DNA of 64,000 bases from an uncultured Verrucomicrobiae bacterium (GCA_963836755.1 CAWIKF010000002.1:544001-608000), one strand, 5' to 3'; shown: positions 9,537-19,859, counted from the stretch's first letter. Translations and numbers: made by a program. The notes: generated by a model from the letters alone, not told the origin.

Positions 9537-11305
9537 TTCGATCGGCCAAAGGACGGGCGTTGTGTGCGTGCGTCGCGTTGGCCGCGTGTTTTACTCTGTT
9601 TTCATACCGCCTCGTCGTGCTGCAGGTCTGCCGGCACGAGCGGTTTCGGATCATCGCGACTGGCAGCCACGTCATTCGGCAGCCGATTTATGCGCGGCGC
9701 GGTTTGATTCAGGATGTGAATCAGGAGACGCTCGCGGAGAATGTTCCCGTCGCGACAATCTTCGCGGATGCAGGTCCAAAAGTCATGAGAGATCCGGCGA
9801 AGGTCGCCTCGATTCTCGCGGGTCCGCTGGAACTGCCCGAAAATGAGTTGGCGGCAAAGCTGGAAAGCGAGCAGCGCTACATTGTTTTAAAAAAGAAAGT
9901 GCCGGTGCAAATCGCGAACGATGTAATCGCGAGCCTGCGCAAAAGCTCGCTGCGCGGCGTTTATTCGGAGCCAGACTCGGCGCGCAATTATCCGAACGGG
10001 TCCATGCTCAGCCACGTCATCGGATTTCTCAACGGCGCGCATCAAGGCGTGCAAGGCATCGAGATGACGATGGACAATTTTTTGCGCGGCGATGACGGCT
10101 ACCGTTTCGTCGAGCGCGACCGCACGGGCAAGGAATTGGTGATGTTCCGCGGCCAGGAGCGCGCGGCGCGCGACGGTCGCAACGTGCAACTCACGGTCGA
10201 TCTGAATTTACAAAACATCGTCGAGACCGAGCTGGACGATGCGTGTTCGAAATTTCATCCCGAGCGGGCAGTTGTGATTTTGATGCGCCCGAAAACCGGC
10301 GAAATCCTCGCTCTCGCGAACCGCCCGACTTTTGACCTCAACGACATTGCGACGAAGTCGTCGGAATTTTTGCAGCGCAACGCAAATGCGATGATCAACA
10401 GCGCGGTCATCAATCAAGTCGAGCCCGGCTCCACGTTCAAAATCGTCACGGCCTCGGCGGCGTTAAACGAACATCTCGTGCAGCCGAGCAGCCTGATTTT
10501 TTGCGAGAACGGCCACTTCAATTTTGCCGGCCGGATCCTGCACGATCACCACGGCTTCGGCGATATCAGCGTCAACGACATTCTGATCAAATCGAGCAAC
10601 ATCGGCGCGGCGAAACTCGCGTTGCAGCTCGGCGACCAAAGGTTTTACGAATACATCCGGCGCTTTGGTTTCGGCGAGCGGACGGGAATCAGTCTCCCGG
10701 GCGAAATTTCCGGAAAAGTGAAACCGCCTTATGAATGGCAGCGCATCGACATCACGCGCATGGCGATGGGCCATTCGGTCGATGTGACGCCGCTGCAGTC
10801 GATCACCGCAATGGCCGCGATCGCGAACGACGGGCATTTAATGATGCCGCAGATCGTCCATCAAATCACGAACGATGACGGCAGCGTGGTGCAGAGTTTT
10901 CCGCCCATCGAAATTCGCGCGGCCATTTCGGAAAAGACGGCGCACGAAGTCCGCGACGCATTGAAAAATGTGGTGAGTGACAAAGGCACCGCGGCGCTCG
11001 CGAAAGTTGCCGGCTTCCTGGTCGCGGGCAAAACCGGCACCGCAGAAAAGATCAACCCGGCCGGTGGTTATCTCGCCGGAAAATATGTCGTCTCATTCAT
11101 CGGATTCATGCCGGCGGACAATCCGGAGTTTGTCGGCCTCGTCATGCTCGATGACGCGAAAGTTTCCTCGGAGATCGACTACGGCGGCCAGATCGCGGGA
11201 CCAATTTTTGCTCACATCGCTGAAAAAGCGGCGCGCTATTTGAACTTGCAGCCGCAGCCCGAACCGCCGTCGAGCCAGGTCGTCATCACGCAGCGCGATC
11301 GTTGA
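9533..11305 (+). CDS. ftsI: Class B penicillin-binding protein (FtsI/PBP3-like)
   Basis: ARRGLIQD, EPGSTFK (SxxK), KSSNIG (SxN), GKTGTA (KTG). Confidence 0.9.
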   Translation: MIRSAKGRALCACVALAACFTLFSYRLVVLQVCRHERFRIIATGSHVIRQPIYARRGLIQDVNQETLAENVPVATIFADAGPKVMRDPAKVASILAGPLELPENELAAKLESEQRYIVLKKKVPVQIANDVIASLRKSSLRGVYSEPDSARNYPNGSMLSHVIGFLNGAHQGVQGIEMTMDNFLRGDDGYRFVERDRTGKELVMFRGQERAARDGRNVQLTVDLNLQNIVETELDDACSKFHPERAVVILMRPKTGEILALANRPTFDLNDIATKSSEFLQRNANAMINSAVINQVEPGSTFKIVTASAALNEHLVQPSSLIFCENGHFNFAGRILHDHHGFGDISVNDILIKSSNIGAAKLALQLGDQRFYEYIRRFGFGERTGISLPGEISGKVKPPYEWQRIDITRMAMGHSVDVTPLQSITAMAAIANDGHLMMPQIVHQITNDDGSVVQSFPPIEIRAAISEKTAHEVRDALKNVVSDKGTAALAKVAGFLVAGKTGTAEKINPAGGYLAGKYVVSFIGFMPADNPEFVGLVMLDDAKVSSEIDYGGQIAGPIFAHIAEKAARYLNLQPQPEPPSSQVVITQRDR

Positions 11306-12789
11306 CCATCATGCAACTGCAAGCACTTGTTTCACACTTGCGAGACGCAAAGGTGCATGGCCCGCTCGACGTCGACATCACCTCCATCGCCTGCGATTCG
11401 CGGCGCGTGAAGAACGGGAGCCTCTTCGTGGCGATGCGCGGCGAAAAAAGCGACGGTCACAATTTCATTCTTCCCGCGTCCGACCAAGGAGCTGCGGCCA
11501 TTGTCAGCGAGAAGCTTGAGCCGACTTCCCGCGTCACGAACATCGTGGTGCCGGACACGCGCGCCGCGCTCGCGGACGTGGCCGCAGCATTTTACCACAA
11601 CCCTTCGCGGCACTTAAAAATGACCGGCGTCACCGGCACGAATGGCAAAACGACGTTCACGTTTTTGCTCAAGCATCTTTGCGAGCGCGCTCTTTTGCGC
11701 AGTGGTTTGATCGGGACAGTCCGCTACGAAGTCGGCGAACGCATCCTTCCGGCCGCCCGGACGACGCCAGAATCGCTCGAAGTGCAGGAACTGCTTTTTC
11801 AAATTCGCAACGCCGGTTGCAAGGCCGCGGTGATGGAAGTTTCCTCACACGCACTCGAGCAACAGCGCGTGCGGAACGTGGAATTCGACGTCGCTGTTTT
11901 CACAAATCTTACTCAGGACCATCTCGATTATCACGGCACGATGGAAAACTACTTTGCGGCGAAGAGCCGCATGTTTACAGGGCTCGCGAGCCACAAGAAA
12001 AACGCAAAGGCTGTCATCAACATCGACGACCGATATGGCGTGCAGCTCGTGGAAAAATGCTCTGCGCCCGTGTTGACGTATGGCGTGGGGACGCGCGCGG
12101 ACTTTCGCGCCAGCAACATGAAGATCGATTTCAGCGGGACATCGTATCAACTCGATGCGCATGGGAAGAGTTACCTCGTGCGCCTGCCACTGATCGGCAG
12201 GTTCAATGTTTACAACTCGCTTGCTGCAATCGCCGCTGCGTCTGTGCTCGGCATTGATGTCCGCACGGCCGTTCTCGCGTTAGCCAATGCGCCTTTTGTG
12301 CCGGGCCGGCTCGAGGCCGTGCCGGTGAAAAGGCAGTTTCGCGTGTTTGTCGATTACGCACACACCGATGACGCTTTGTTGAACGTGATGAAAACTTTGC
12401 GCGAGCTGTCGCCGAACCGCCTCATCGTTGTTTTTGGTTGCGGCGGGAATCGCGACCGCGCCAAGCGGCCGAAGATGGGAGCAGCCGTCGATTCTCTCGC
12501 CGACTGGGCGATCATCACATCCGACAATCCGCGCAAGGAAGATCCGGCCGCGATCATTGCTGATGTGGAGCGCGGATTTCGCGGACGCAATTTTGAAGTG
12601 ATCAGCGATCGTCGCGAAGCAATTTTCAAAGCAGTCGCGATGGCTGAGCCGCGCGACATCGTCCTTCTCGCCGGCAAAGGCCACGAGGATTACCAGGAGT
12701 TTGCCGACCGCACCATTCCGTTCGATGACGTCGAAATCGCGCGGCAAGCGGTTGAGGCGACTCCGTTAGAAATGGGAAGAAATCGATGA
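11302..12789 (+). CDS. murE: UDP-MurNAc-tripeptide synthetase (meso-DAP type)
   Basis: GVTGTNGKTT, MEVSSHAL, FTNLTQDHLDYH, DYAHT, DNPR (DAP-specificity motif), AGKGHE. Start 11302 or 11311. Confidence 0.96.
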   Translation: MTIMQLQALVSHLRDAKVHGPLDVDITSIACDSRRVKNGSLFVAMRGEKSDGHNFILPASDQGAAAIVSEKLEPTSRVTNIVVPDTRAALADVAAAFYHNPSRHLKMTGVTGTNGKTTFTFLLKHLCERALLRSGLIGTVRYEVGERILPAARTTPESLEVQELLFQIRNAGCKAAVMEVSSHALEQQRVRNVEFDVAVFTNLTQDHLDYHGTMENYFAAKSRMFTGLASHKKNAKAVINIDDRYGVQLVEKCSAPVLTYGVGTRADFRASNMKIDFSGTSYQLDAHGKSYLVRLPLIGRFNVYNSLAAIAAASVLGIDVRTAVLALANAPFVPGRLEAVPVKRQFRVFVDYAHTDDALLNVMKTLRELSPNRLIVVFGCGGNRDRAKRPKMGAAVDSLADWAIITSDNPRKEDPAAIIADVERGFRGRNFEVISDRREAIFKAVAMAEPRDIVLLAGKGHEDYQEFADRTIPFDDVEIARQAVEATPLEMGRNR

Positions 12790-12980
12790 GCAAAGGCCCC
12801 AGCCTGCAATTTTTGGAAGTCCCGCATCGCGCCCCGATCGAGCAGCCGCGCGGTTTTTTTGGCCGCGCGATTCGCGCATTGCGAATGCCGCGCCGTGGAC
12901 AATCGCCCGTGGATCAAGCTGCAGCACAGAGCCGCGCCGTGCGGCTCTTTTCCGCAAACTTCAAGACATGGACGCGGTGA
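12786..12980 (+). CDS. Small hypothetical protein (64 aa) between murE and murF
   Basis: ATGA overlap with murE stop; stop overlaps murF start; fills the gap exactly. Confidence 0.45.
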   Translation: MSKGPSLQFLEVPHRAPIEQPRGFFGRAIRALRMPRRGQSPVDQAAAQSRAVRLFSANFKTWTR

Positions 12981-14329
12981 CACTCCACACGATTGCGCGG
13001 TGGGCTGACGGAGAACTCTCCGGCGGCGATCCATCGCGAACGGTGACGAACATTTGCACCGATTCGCGCCGGTTGCGCGCGGGCGATCTTTTCCTGGCAT
13101 TACGTGGCGAAAACTTTGACGCGCATGATTTCATCGCGCGCGCCGCGGAACTCGGTGCCGCCGGTGCCGTGGTCGAGAATGCGCAGGAAATTTTGCCGAA
13201 AAACTTCTCCCTGATCCGTGTGCAGGACACGCTCGCGGCGCTGCAAAAAATCGCATCCGCTTATCGCAATTCACTTCCGCTTAAAGTTGTCGCGATCACA
13301 GGCAGCAATGGAAAAACTTCGACGAAAGATTTCACTGCCGCGGTGCTCGGTGAGCGTTTTCGCGTGGTCAAAACTGAAGGCAATTTCAACAACCACATCG
13401 GTCTTCCACTCACGATGCTCGCAGCGAAAGCGAGCGACGAAATCGGAGTTTTTGAAATCGGGATGAACCACCCGGGCGAAATTGCGCCGCTCGCGAAGCT
13501 GGCGCGTCCGGATGTTGGCGTCATCACCAACATTGGCGTCGCGCACATCGAATTTATGGGCACGCGCGACGCGATCGCTCAGGAAAAAGGAATGCTCGCG
13601 GAAGTGTTGACCGCTGATGGAACCCTCATCCTCAGCGCAGAAGATGGTTATTGCAGCGTTATCGCGGCCCGGACGAAAGCGCGGGCGGTTTTGACGGGAA
13701 TTGAAGGCGGAGAAGTCACCGCCAGCGACATTCACAGCGAAGCCGATGGCAGTCACTTCACGTTGAAAGCACAGGGGAAAACTGCGGCGGCGCGGCTCGC
13801 CGTGCCCGGCCACCACATGATTCGCAACGCTTTGCTTGCAGTCGCCGTCGGTCTGATTTTTGGCATGTCGCTCGACGATTGCGCGGCGGGCCTGGCGAAA
13901 GTGCAGCTCACGAAAGGTCGTCTCGAGCAAAAACTCATCCGCGGAATTCGCGTCCTCGATGACAGCTACAATGCGAATCCCGATTCAATGCTGGCGGCGT
14001 TGCGCACGTTAGCGAGCATGCCGGGCAGACACATCGCGGTGCTTGGGCAGATGAATGAACTCGGCGCGGAATCGACGCGAAGCCATCACGAAGTCGGCGA
14101 GGCTGTGGCTCGTGAAAAAATCGATTTTCTCATCACCGTCGGCGACGTCGCCGCGATGATCGCCGACGCCGCTGGAAAACAGAAAGTTAAACACGTGGCA
14201 AAAGTTGCGACGACCTCGGAAGCCGCCGATTTGCTGCGCACTTTGGCTCGCGCCGGCGACACCGTTCTCATCAAAGGAAGCCGCTCAGCGCGGATGGAAA
14301 CCATCGTGGAGGAATTCGCGCGCGCATGA
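12968..14329 (+). CDS. murF: UDP-MurNAc-pentapeptide synthetase
   Basis: ITGSNGKTSTK, NFNNHIGLPLT, EIGMNHPGEI, DSYNANPDS, KGSRSARME. Confidence 0.96.
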   Translation: MDAVTLHTIARWADGELSGGDPSRTVTNICTDSRRLRAGDLFLALRGENFDAHDFIARAAELGAAGAVVENAQEILPKNFSLIRVQDTLAALQKIASAYRNSLPLKVVAITGSNGKTSTKDFTAAVLGERFRVVKTEGNFNNHIGLPLTMLAAKASDEIGVFEIGMNHPGEIAPLAKLARPDVGVITNIGVAHIEFMGTRDAIAQEKGMLAEVLTADGTLILSAEDGYCSVIAARTKARAVLTGIEGGEVTASDIHSEADGSHFTLKAQGKTAAARLAVPGHHMIRNALLAVAVGLIFGMSLDDCAAGLAKVQLTKGRLEQKLIRGIRVLDDSYNANPDSMLAALRTLASMPGRHIAVLGQMNELGAESTRSHHEVGEAVAREKIDFLITVGDVAAMIADAAGKQKVKHVAKVATTSEAADLLRTLARAGDTVLIKGSRSARMETIVEEFARA

Positions 14330-15426
14330 TGTATTTTCTGACTTATCTCAAGGGTTCGTTCCCGGCGCTGAACGTTTTTCAATACATCACGTTTCGTGCG
14401 GTTGGCGCTGCGATGACGGCATTTTTGCTCTGCTTGATTTTTGGAAACTGGACGATCCGGAAATTGATCGGGCTCAAGCTCGGGCAGCCGATTCGCACGA
14501 AAGAGGAAGTCCACAAACTCGCCGAATTGCATGGCGGAAAAGCGGGCACGCCGACGATGGGCGGAGTGCTGCTGCTTGGCGCGGTCGTTGTCTCCACGCT
14601 GCTTTGGGCGCGGCCACAAAATGATTCCGTCTGGCTCGCGTTGTTTTCGATTGTTTATCTGGGAGCGCTCGGTTTCATCGACGATTATCTCAAGGTCACC
14701 AAGAAGAAATCCGACGGCCTGAGCGGACGCTTAAAGCTCGTCGCGCAGTTTGTTCTCGCGGGAATCGTGACCGCTTTTTTCCTGCTCAACCCCGCCATCG
14801 AGGTGCAGGCGCGCGCGCTTTACGTGCCGTTTTACAAGGAACCGGTCATCCTGAATTTGAGCGGCGGCACGTTTTTCTTTTTCGCGCTCGTTGTCGTTGG
14901 CAGCTCGAACGCGGTGAACCTCACCGACGGCCTGGATGGCTTGGCGACCGGTTGCACGATCACCGCCGCGTCCGCGTTTGCGGTGCTCGCATACGTGGCG
15001 GGCAACGTAAAAATTTCCTCCTATCTGCAGATCCCGTTTTATCCGTTCACCGGCGAGCTCACGGTCGTCTGCATGGCGCTTGCGGGCGCGGGACTCGGCT
15101 TTCTATGGTTTAACTGTCATCCAGCAAAAGTTTTCATGGGCGACACCGGCTCGCTTGCAATCGGCGGTGTTCTCGGTGTCGTAGCGATTTGCTGCAAGCA
15201 GGAGCTGCTGCTGCTCATCATCGGCGGCGTGTTCGTGATGGAGGCGCTCTCGGTGATTTTGCAGGTGATGAGTTTCAAGCTGACTGGCAAGCGGATCTTC
15301 GCGATGTCGCCGATCCACCATCATTTCGAGCTGAAAGGCTGGAAGGAAAATACCGTGATCGTCCGCTTTTGGATCCTTTCGATCATGTTCGCATTCCTCG
15401 GCCTGGCGACACTTAAACTTCGTTGA
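14326..15426 (+). CDS. mraY: Phospho-N-acetylmuramoyl-pentapeptide transferase
   Basis: GTPTMGG, GFIDDY, SNAVNLTDGLDGLA, FMGDTGSL, PIHHHFE. Confidence 0.97.
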   Translation: MMYFLTYLKGSFPALNVFQYITFRAVGAAMTAFLLCLIFGNWTIRKLIGLKLGQPIRTKEEVHKLAELHGGKAGTPTMGGVLLLGAVVVSTLLWARPQNDSVWLALFSIVYLGALGFIDDYLKVTKKKSDGLSGRLKLVAQFVLAGIVTAFFLLNPAIEVQARALYVPFYKEPVILNLSGGTFFFFALVVVGSSNAVNLTDGLDGLATGCTITAASAFAVLAYVAGNVKISSYLQIPFYPFTGELTVVCMALAGAGLGFLWFNCHPAKVFMGDTGSLAIGGVLGVVAICCKQELLLLIIGGVFVMEALSVILQVMSFKLTGKRIFAMSPIHHHFELKGWKENTVIVRFWILSIMFAFLGLATLKLR

Positions 15427-15430
15427 ACAC

Positions 15431-16750
15431 GTGTATTACAAAAATAAACAAGTTGCAGTGCTCGGTGCGGGCGAGAGCGGTGAAGCCGCAGCCCGTCTTT
15501 TAAAGGAGGAAGACGCCATGGTCACATTACTCGACAGCGCGGACTTAAAAAAACTCCGCTCGAAAATCGAAAAAATCACGCCGCTCGGCATCGCGTTCCT
15601 TGCGGGCGCGGAAGCCGAGCAGGATCCGGCTCGCTACGATCTCGGGGTCATCAGCCCGGGAATCGATCCGGCGACGCCGCTGGTGCAAAATTTTTTGCGC
15701 AAACGCATCGACATGATCGGCGAGCTCGAGCTCTCGTTTGAGCTTTGCGAGTGCCCGGTCATCGCGATCACCGGCACGAATGGGAAAACGACGACGACCG
15801 AGATGGTCGCGCGGATGTTAAACGCATGTGGAACACGGACTCTTGCGAGCGGAAACATCGGCCCCGCATTCGCGGCGACGGTGCGGAAAAGCCGCGAGCT
15901 GGATGTGATGACGCTGGAAGTCTCTTCATTCCAGCTTGAGCAAATCCGAACTTTTCGGCCGCGCGTCGCTGTCTGGCTCAATTTTACGCCGGATCATCTC
16001 GACCGTTACAAAACGCTGCAGGAATACCGCGACGCGAAGCTGCGGATTTTTGAAAACCAGACGGAGGAAGATTTCGCGATCGTGAATCTGCGCGACGAAT
16101 TGCCGCCGCTGCGCGCGCGCAAAATCACGTTCAGCGCTTATGCCAGCGGCGGCGATTTTGAATACCGCGATGGCGCGATTTTTTACCACAGCGAACCTGT
16201 GCTGCTGATGGCGGACGCGAAATTGCGCGGCCTGCACAATGTAGAAAACCTGATGGCGGCGCTCGGCGTGGGAGTGGCGCAGGGGTTGGATCTCGCGCAA
16301 ATGGCGCCGGCACTTTGCTCGTATGTGGCGCTGCCGCACCGCTGCGAACGCGTGCGGAGCATCGCTGGCGCCGAATATATCAACGACTCGAAAGCGACGA
16401 ACCTTGACGCGCTGGAAAAGGCGCTCGATTCCGAAACGCGGCCGGTGATTTTGATCGCAGGCGGCAAGGACAAAGGATTCGAGTATGGCTCGATCACCGA
16501 TCTCGTCGCGGAAAAGTGCCGCCGCGTTTTGCTCATTGGTGAAATGTCGGACCGCATCGAAAACCTGTGGCGGAGCCGCGTGCCGTGCGAAAAGGCAAGC
16601 TCGCTGCGCGATGCGGTGCTGCGCGCTAGGGCAGGCGCGGGCGAGGGCGACGTGGTGCTGTTTTCGCCCGGCACATCGTCGTTCGACATGTTCAAAAACT
16701 ACGCGGACCGCGGCAACCAATTCCGCGACATCGTCCAATCACTTCCATGA
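15431..16750 (+). CDS. murD: UDP-MurNAc-L-Ala:D-Glu ligase
   Basis: ITGTNGKTTT, LEVSSFQL, DHLDRY, NDSKATN, SFDMFKNYADRG. Confidence 0.96.
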   Translation: MYYKNKQVAVLGAGESGEAAARLLKEEDAMVTLLDSADLKKLRSKIEKITPLGIAFLAGAEAEQDPARYDLGVISPGIDPATPLVQNFLRKRIDMIGELELSFELCECPVIAITGTNGKTTTTEMVARMLNACGTRTLASGNIGPAFAATVRKSRELDVMTLEVSSFQLEQIRTFRPRVAVWLNFTPDHLDRYKTLQEYRDAKLRIFENQTEEDFAIVNLRDELPPLRARKITFSAYASGGDFEYRDGAIFYHSEPVLLMADAKLRGLHNVENLMAALGVGVAQGLDLAQMAPALCSYVALPHRCERVRSIAGAEYINDSKATNLDALEKALDSETRPVILIAGGKDKGFEYGSITDLVAEKCRRVLLIGEMSDRIENLWRSRVPCEKASSLRDAVLRARAGAGEGDVVLFSPGTSSFDMFKNYADRGNQFRDIVQSLP

Positions 16751-17430
16751 AGATTCCGCAACTTTTTCAAAAAAAGAAATACCAAGCCGCGACCGCAGCA
16801 GCCGCGCGTCGGGCGACGCCGGACAATGTGGACGAGCCGAACATCAAACTTTCCAACGCTGTGATTGTGGTCGTGGCGCTGCATCTCGTCGCGGTCGGCG
16901 GGATTTACGCGTTCACGAGCATCAAGGCGCATCAGCCGGCGGATCCAGATGTCACGACTCCCGAGGTCACGCGCGCGCATTCGGAAGGCGACGCCGATGA
17001 CAGCGGCGGAACTTTGACGCCAGTCGCAAACGCGAACGTGAACGCGCCGAAAATTCATCGCGTGAAAACAGGCGAAACGCTTTCAAAAATCGCAGCGACA
17101 AATGGCTTGAGTGTCGAAGAACTCGCAAGCGCGAACGGCTTGAAAAGCGCGAGCTCATTGCATGCGGGACAGGAAATCAAAATTCCCACGAAGCAAGCAG
17201 CCAAGCCGATTCCAGCCGCTTCGCACAATCTCACCGAGGGGAAGCAGACCACGCATGGCCCGAAAGATTCCGGCGAATTCTACACAGTGGCGAAGGGCGA
17301 CAACCCGGTCGCGATCGCGCGCAAACTTCACGTCAGCTATGACGATCTTTTAAAGCTCAATAAAATCGAAGACCCGAAAAAACTGCAAATCGGCCAGCGC
17401 CTTCACGTGCCGGTCAAACTACCAAAATGA
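16747..17430 (+). CDS. Membrane-anchored double-LysM protein
   Basis: N-terminal TM; two LysM domains (HRVKTGETLSKIA..., YTVAKGDNPVAIA...LQIGQRL). Confidence 0.9.
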   Translation: MKIPQLFQKKKYQAATAAAARRATPDNVDEPNIKLSNAVIVVVALHLVAVGGIYAFTSIKAHQPADPDVTTPEVTRAHSEGDADDSGGTLTPVANANVNAPKIHRVKTGETLSKIAATNGLSVEELASANGLKSASSLHAGQEIKIPTKQAAKPIPAASHNLTEGKQTTHGPKDSGEFYTVAKGDNPVAIARKLHVSYDDLLKLNKIEDPKKLQIGQRLHVPVKLPK

Positions 17431-17603
17431 TCCTGCAAAATAACGACAACCATTACGAAAACAGACGCGACCAATCAGCGCTTCAAACTCCGGCGCCGCC
17501 GCCGCGCCGCGCGAATCATCAGTCCACGGGAATGATGCGTGCCGCGGTCGATGCATGCGCGGAAGCGTTGATCCAGGCGATGGTGAACGCACGGAATTTC
17601 TAG
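17427..17603 (+). CDS. Small hypothetical protein (58 aa) between the LysM gene and ftsW (absent from ORF track)
   Basis: MILQNNDNHYENRRDQSALQTPAPPPRRANHQSTGMMRAAVDACAEALIQAMVNARNF*. ATGA overlap with the LysM stop; TAG directly abuts the ftsW ATG at 17604. Confidence 0.55.
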   Translation: MILQNNDNHYENRRDQSALQTPAPPPRRANHQSTGMMRAAVDACAEALIQAMVNARNF

Positions 17604-18746
17604 ATGCATCGGAAGAGCGTTTACGTTCTCGTCATCGCCGTGGCGGCGATGATCGTGCTCGGGATCGTGATGCTTTTCAGCACGAGCGCGTTCGCGCAGG
17701 ACAGCCACGGCGACGCGAATTATTTCGTGAAGCGGCAGTTGATGTGGCTCTCCGTGGGCGTGCTTGCGTGCATCGTCGCATCGTGCATCGACTATCATTT
17801 TTGGCAGCGCACGTGGTGGCTGTGGCTCGCGGGATCGGCAGTGCTGCTGGCGCTTTGCTTCGTCCCGCACATCGGCATGAAAATCAATGGCGCGCGCCGC
17901 TGGGTAAACTTTCGCGTCATTACTTTTCAACCATCCGATTTCGCAAAAATCGCCGTCATTGCCTTCCTTGCGTATTGGTTTTCAAAGCACGAGAGCGATG
18001 CCGGAAAATTCTGGAAAGGCTTCCTGCTCCCGATGCTCATCGTCGGCGTGCTGATGGCTGAGATCGCACGCGAGATCGACATGGGGACGACCGCGCTGAT
18101 CGGCGGCACGATGTTCGTCATGATGTTCGTCGCGGGCAGCGGTCTGCGATTCATCGCGCCACTCGCGGCGTGCGGCATCGGCGGCACGCTTTATCTCGGT
18201 TTTCACATGAAAGATCGGCTCGGCCGCATGCTCGCTTTTTTGGATCTTGAAAAATACAAGGAAACCTACGGCTTGCAGCAATGGCAGGCGCTGATCGCGT
18301 TTGGCTCCGGCGGTGTCGACGGGCTCGGGCTCGGCAACGGCCGCGAGAAAATGTCCTATCTCCCGTTCGCGCACACCGATTTTATTTTTCCGATGATCGG
18401 CGAGGAGCTCGGGCTGCGTTGCACGCTGCTCGTCGTTTTCGGTTACCTGCTGATTATTTTGAGCGGCACTGTCATCGCAGTGCAATCGCGCGATCGCTTC
18501 GGAATGTTGTTTGGTTTTGGCATCATCGTGATGCTCGCGCTCCAGGCCGCGCTGAACATCGGCGTCACCACATCGCTGCTGCCGAACAAAGGTTTGCCGC
18601 TGCCGTTCATCAGCTACGGCGGATCGAATCTCGTCTTCTGCCTGCTCGGCATCGGCATCCTCATTAATATTTACCGCCAGGGCATCGCCGACCGCCCCGA
18701 CATGGCGAGCGTGCGGTTGCGTGCCCGCGTCACGCCGCGCATCTAA
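17604..18746 (+). CDS. ftsW: SEDS peptidoglycan glycosyltransferase FtsW
   Basis: NGARRW, FQPSDFAK, YLPFAHTDFIF, LPNKGLPLPFISYGGS. Confidence 0.95.
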   Translation: MHRKSVYVLVIAVAAMIVLGIVMLFSTSAFAQDSHGDANYFVKRQLMWLSVGVLACIVASCIDYHFWQRTWWLWLAGSAVLLALCFVPHIGMKINGARRWVNFRVITFQPSDFAKIAVIAFLAYWFSKHESDAGKFWKGFLLPMLIVGVLMAEIAREIDMGTTALIGGTMFVMMFVAGSGLRFIAPLAACGIGGTLYLGFHMKDRLGRMLAFLDLEKYKETYGLQQWQALIAFGSGGVDGLGLGNGREKMSYLPFAHTDFIFPMIGEELGLRCTLLVVFGYLLIILSGTVIAVQSRDRFGMLFGFGIIVMLALQAALNIGVTTSLLPNKGLPLPFISYGGSNLVFCLLGIGILINIYRQGIADRPDMASVRLRARVTPRI

Positions 18747-19859
18747 ATGAAAGTCGCGATCGCAGGAGGAGGCACGGGCGGGCATTTATTTCCGGCGCTC
18801 GCGGTCGCGGAAGTGCTGCTCGCGCGTGGACACGAGGCGCTGATTTTCATCTCGGAAAAAGATATCGACGCACTCGCGACGCAGGATCGAACGGAATTTC
18901 GCTTCGAAAAATTGCCAATGATCGGCATGCCGAAATTGTTGTCTCCGGCGATTTTCGGATTTCTAAAACGCTTCAACGACGGCCTCGCGCCAGTGCGCGC
19001 GATTTACAAAAGGTTCCAGCCCGACGCCGTGCTCGGCATGGGCGGGTTTACTTCCACCGCGCCGATTCTCGGCGGACGCTTGCGCAAAATTCCGACCTTC
19101 GTGCACGAGTCGAATGCCATTCCGGGCAAGGCGAACAAAGTGAACGCGCGGATGACTGATGCGGTGCTGCTCGGCTTTGAAGATTGCGCGAAATTTTTTT
19201 TGCGGAGCCGTTGCGAAGTGACCGGCACACCGATCCGGAAAAGTCTCATGCGGCGCGCACCAAAATTGGATGCGCTGAGCGCGTTCGGCCTCGAAAATAA
19301 TCGCAAAACTTTGTTGGTAATGGGCGGCAGCCAGGGCGCACATGGCATCAACGAAGCGCTCATCAAGGCGTTGTCGCTGCTCAAAGATTTGCCGCTGCAA
19401 ATGATTCATCTCACCGGCGCGCGCGACGAGCAGCTCACGGCGGCGAATTATCGCCGCGAAAATATTCCCGCGCACGTCGCGGCATTTTGCCATCGCATGG
19501 AGGAAGCTTACAGCGCGGCCGATCTCGCGGTTTCGCGCTCCGGCGCCGCGAGCCTCTCGGAGCTATCGCATTTCGGCCTGCCGTCGCTGCTCATTCCATA
19601 TCCGCACGCTGCGGAAAATCATCAGGCAATCAATGCGGAAATTTTCGACCGCGCAAATGCTGCGGTTGTGCTCGAGGAATCGGCGATCACACCCGAAATT
19701 TTGGCCGAAAAAATACGCGACCTCGTCGAAAATCCCGCGCGTTTGCAAACGATGTCGGAGCGCGTCCGCACTCTCGCGCCGACCGATGCCGCGGCTGCGG
19801 TGGTCGATTTTATCGAGCACGCAGTGAATGCAAAAAAAGTTGCTTCCGGAAAAAAGTAA
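18747..19859 (+). CDS. murG: Lipid II GlcNAc transferase
   Basis: GGGTGGHLFPA, HESNAIPGKAN, GGSQGA, RSGA, HQAINA. Confidence 0.96.
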   Translation: MKVAIAGGGTGGHLFPALAVAEVLLARGHEALIFISEKDIDALATQDRTEFRFEKLPMIGMPKLLSPAIFGFLKRFNDGLAPVRAIYKRFQPDAVLGMGGFTSTAPILGGRLRKIPTFVHESNAIPGKANKVNARMTDAVLLGFEDCAKFFLRSRCEVTGTPIRKSLMRRAPKLDALSAFGLENNRKTLLVMGGSQGAHGINEALIKALSLLKDLPLQMIHLTGARDEQLTAANYRRENIPAHVAAFCHRMEEAYSAADLAVSRSGAASLSELSHFGLPSLLIPYPHAAENHQAINAEIFDRANAAVVLEESAITPEILAEKIRDLVENPARLQTMSERVRTLAPTDAAAAVVDFIEHAVNAKKVASGKK

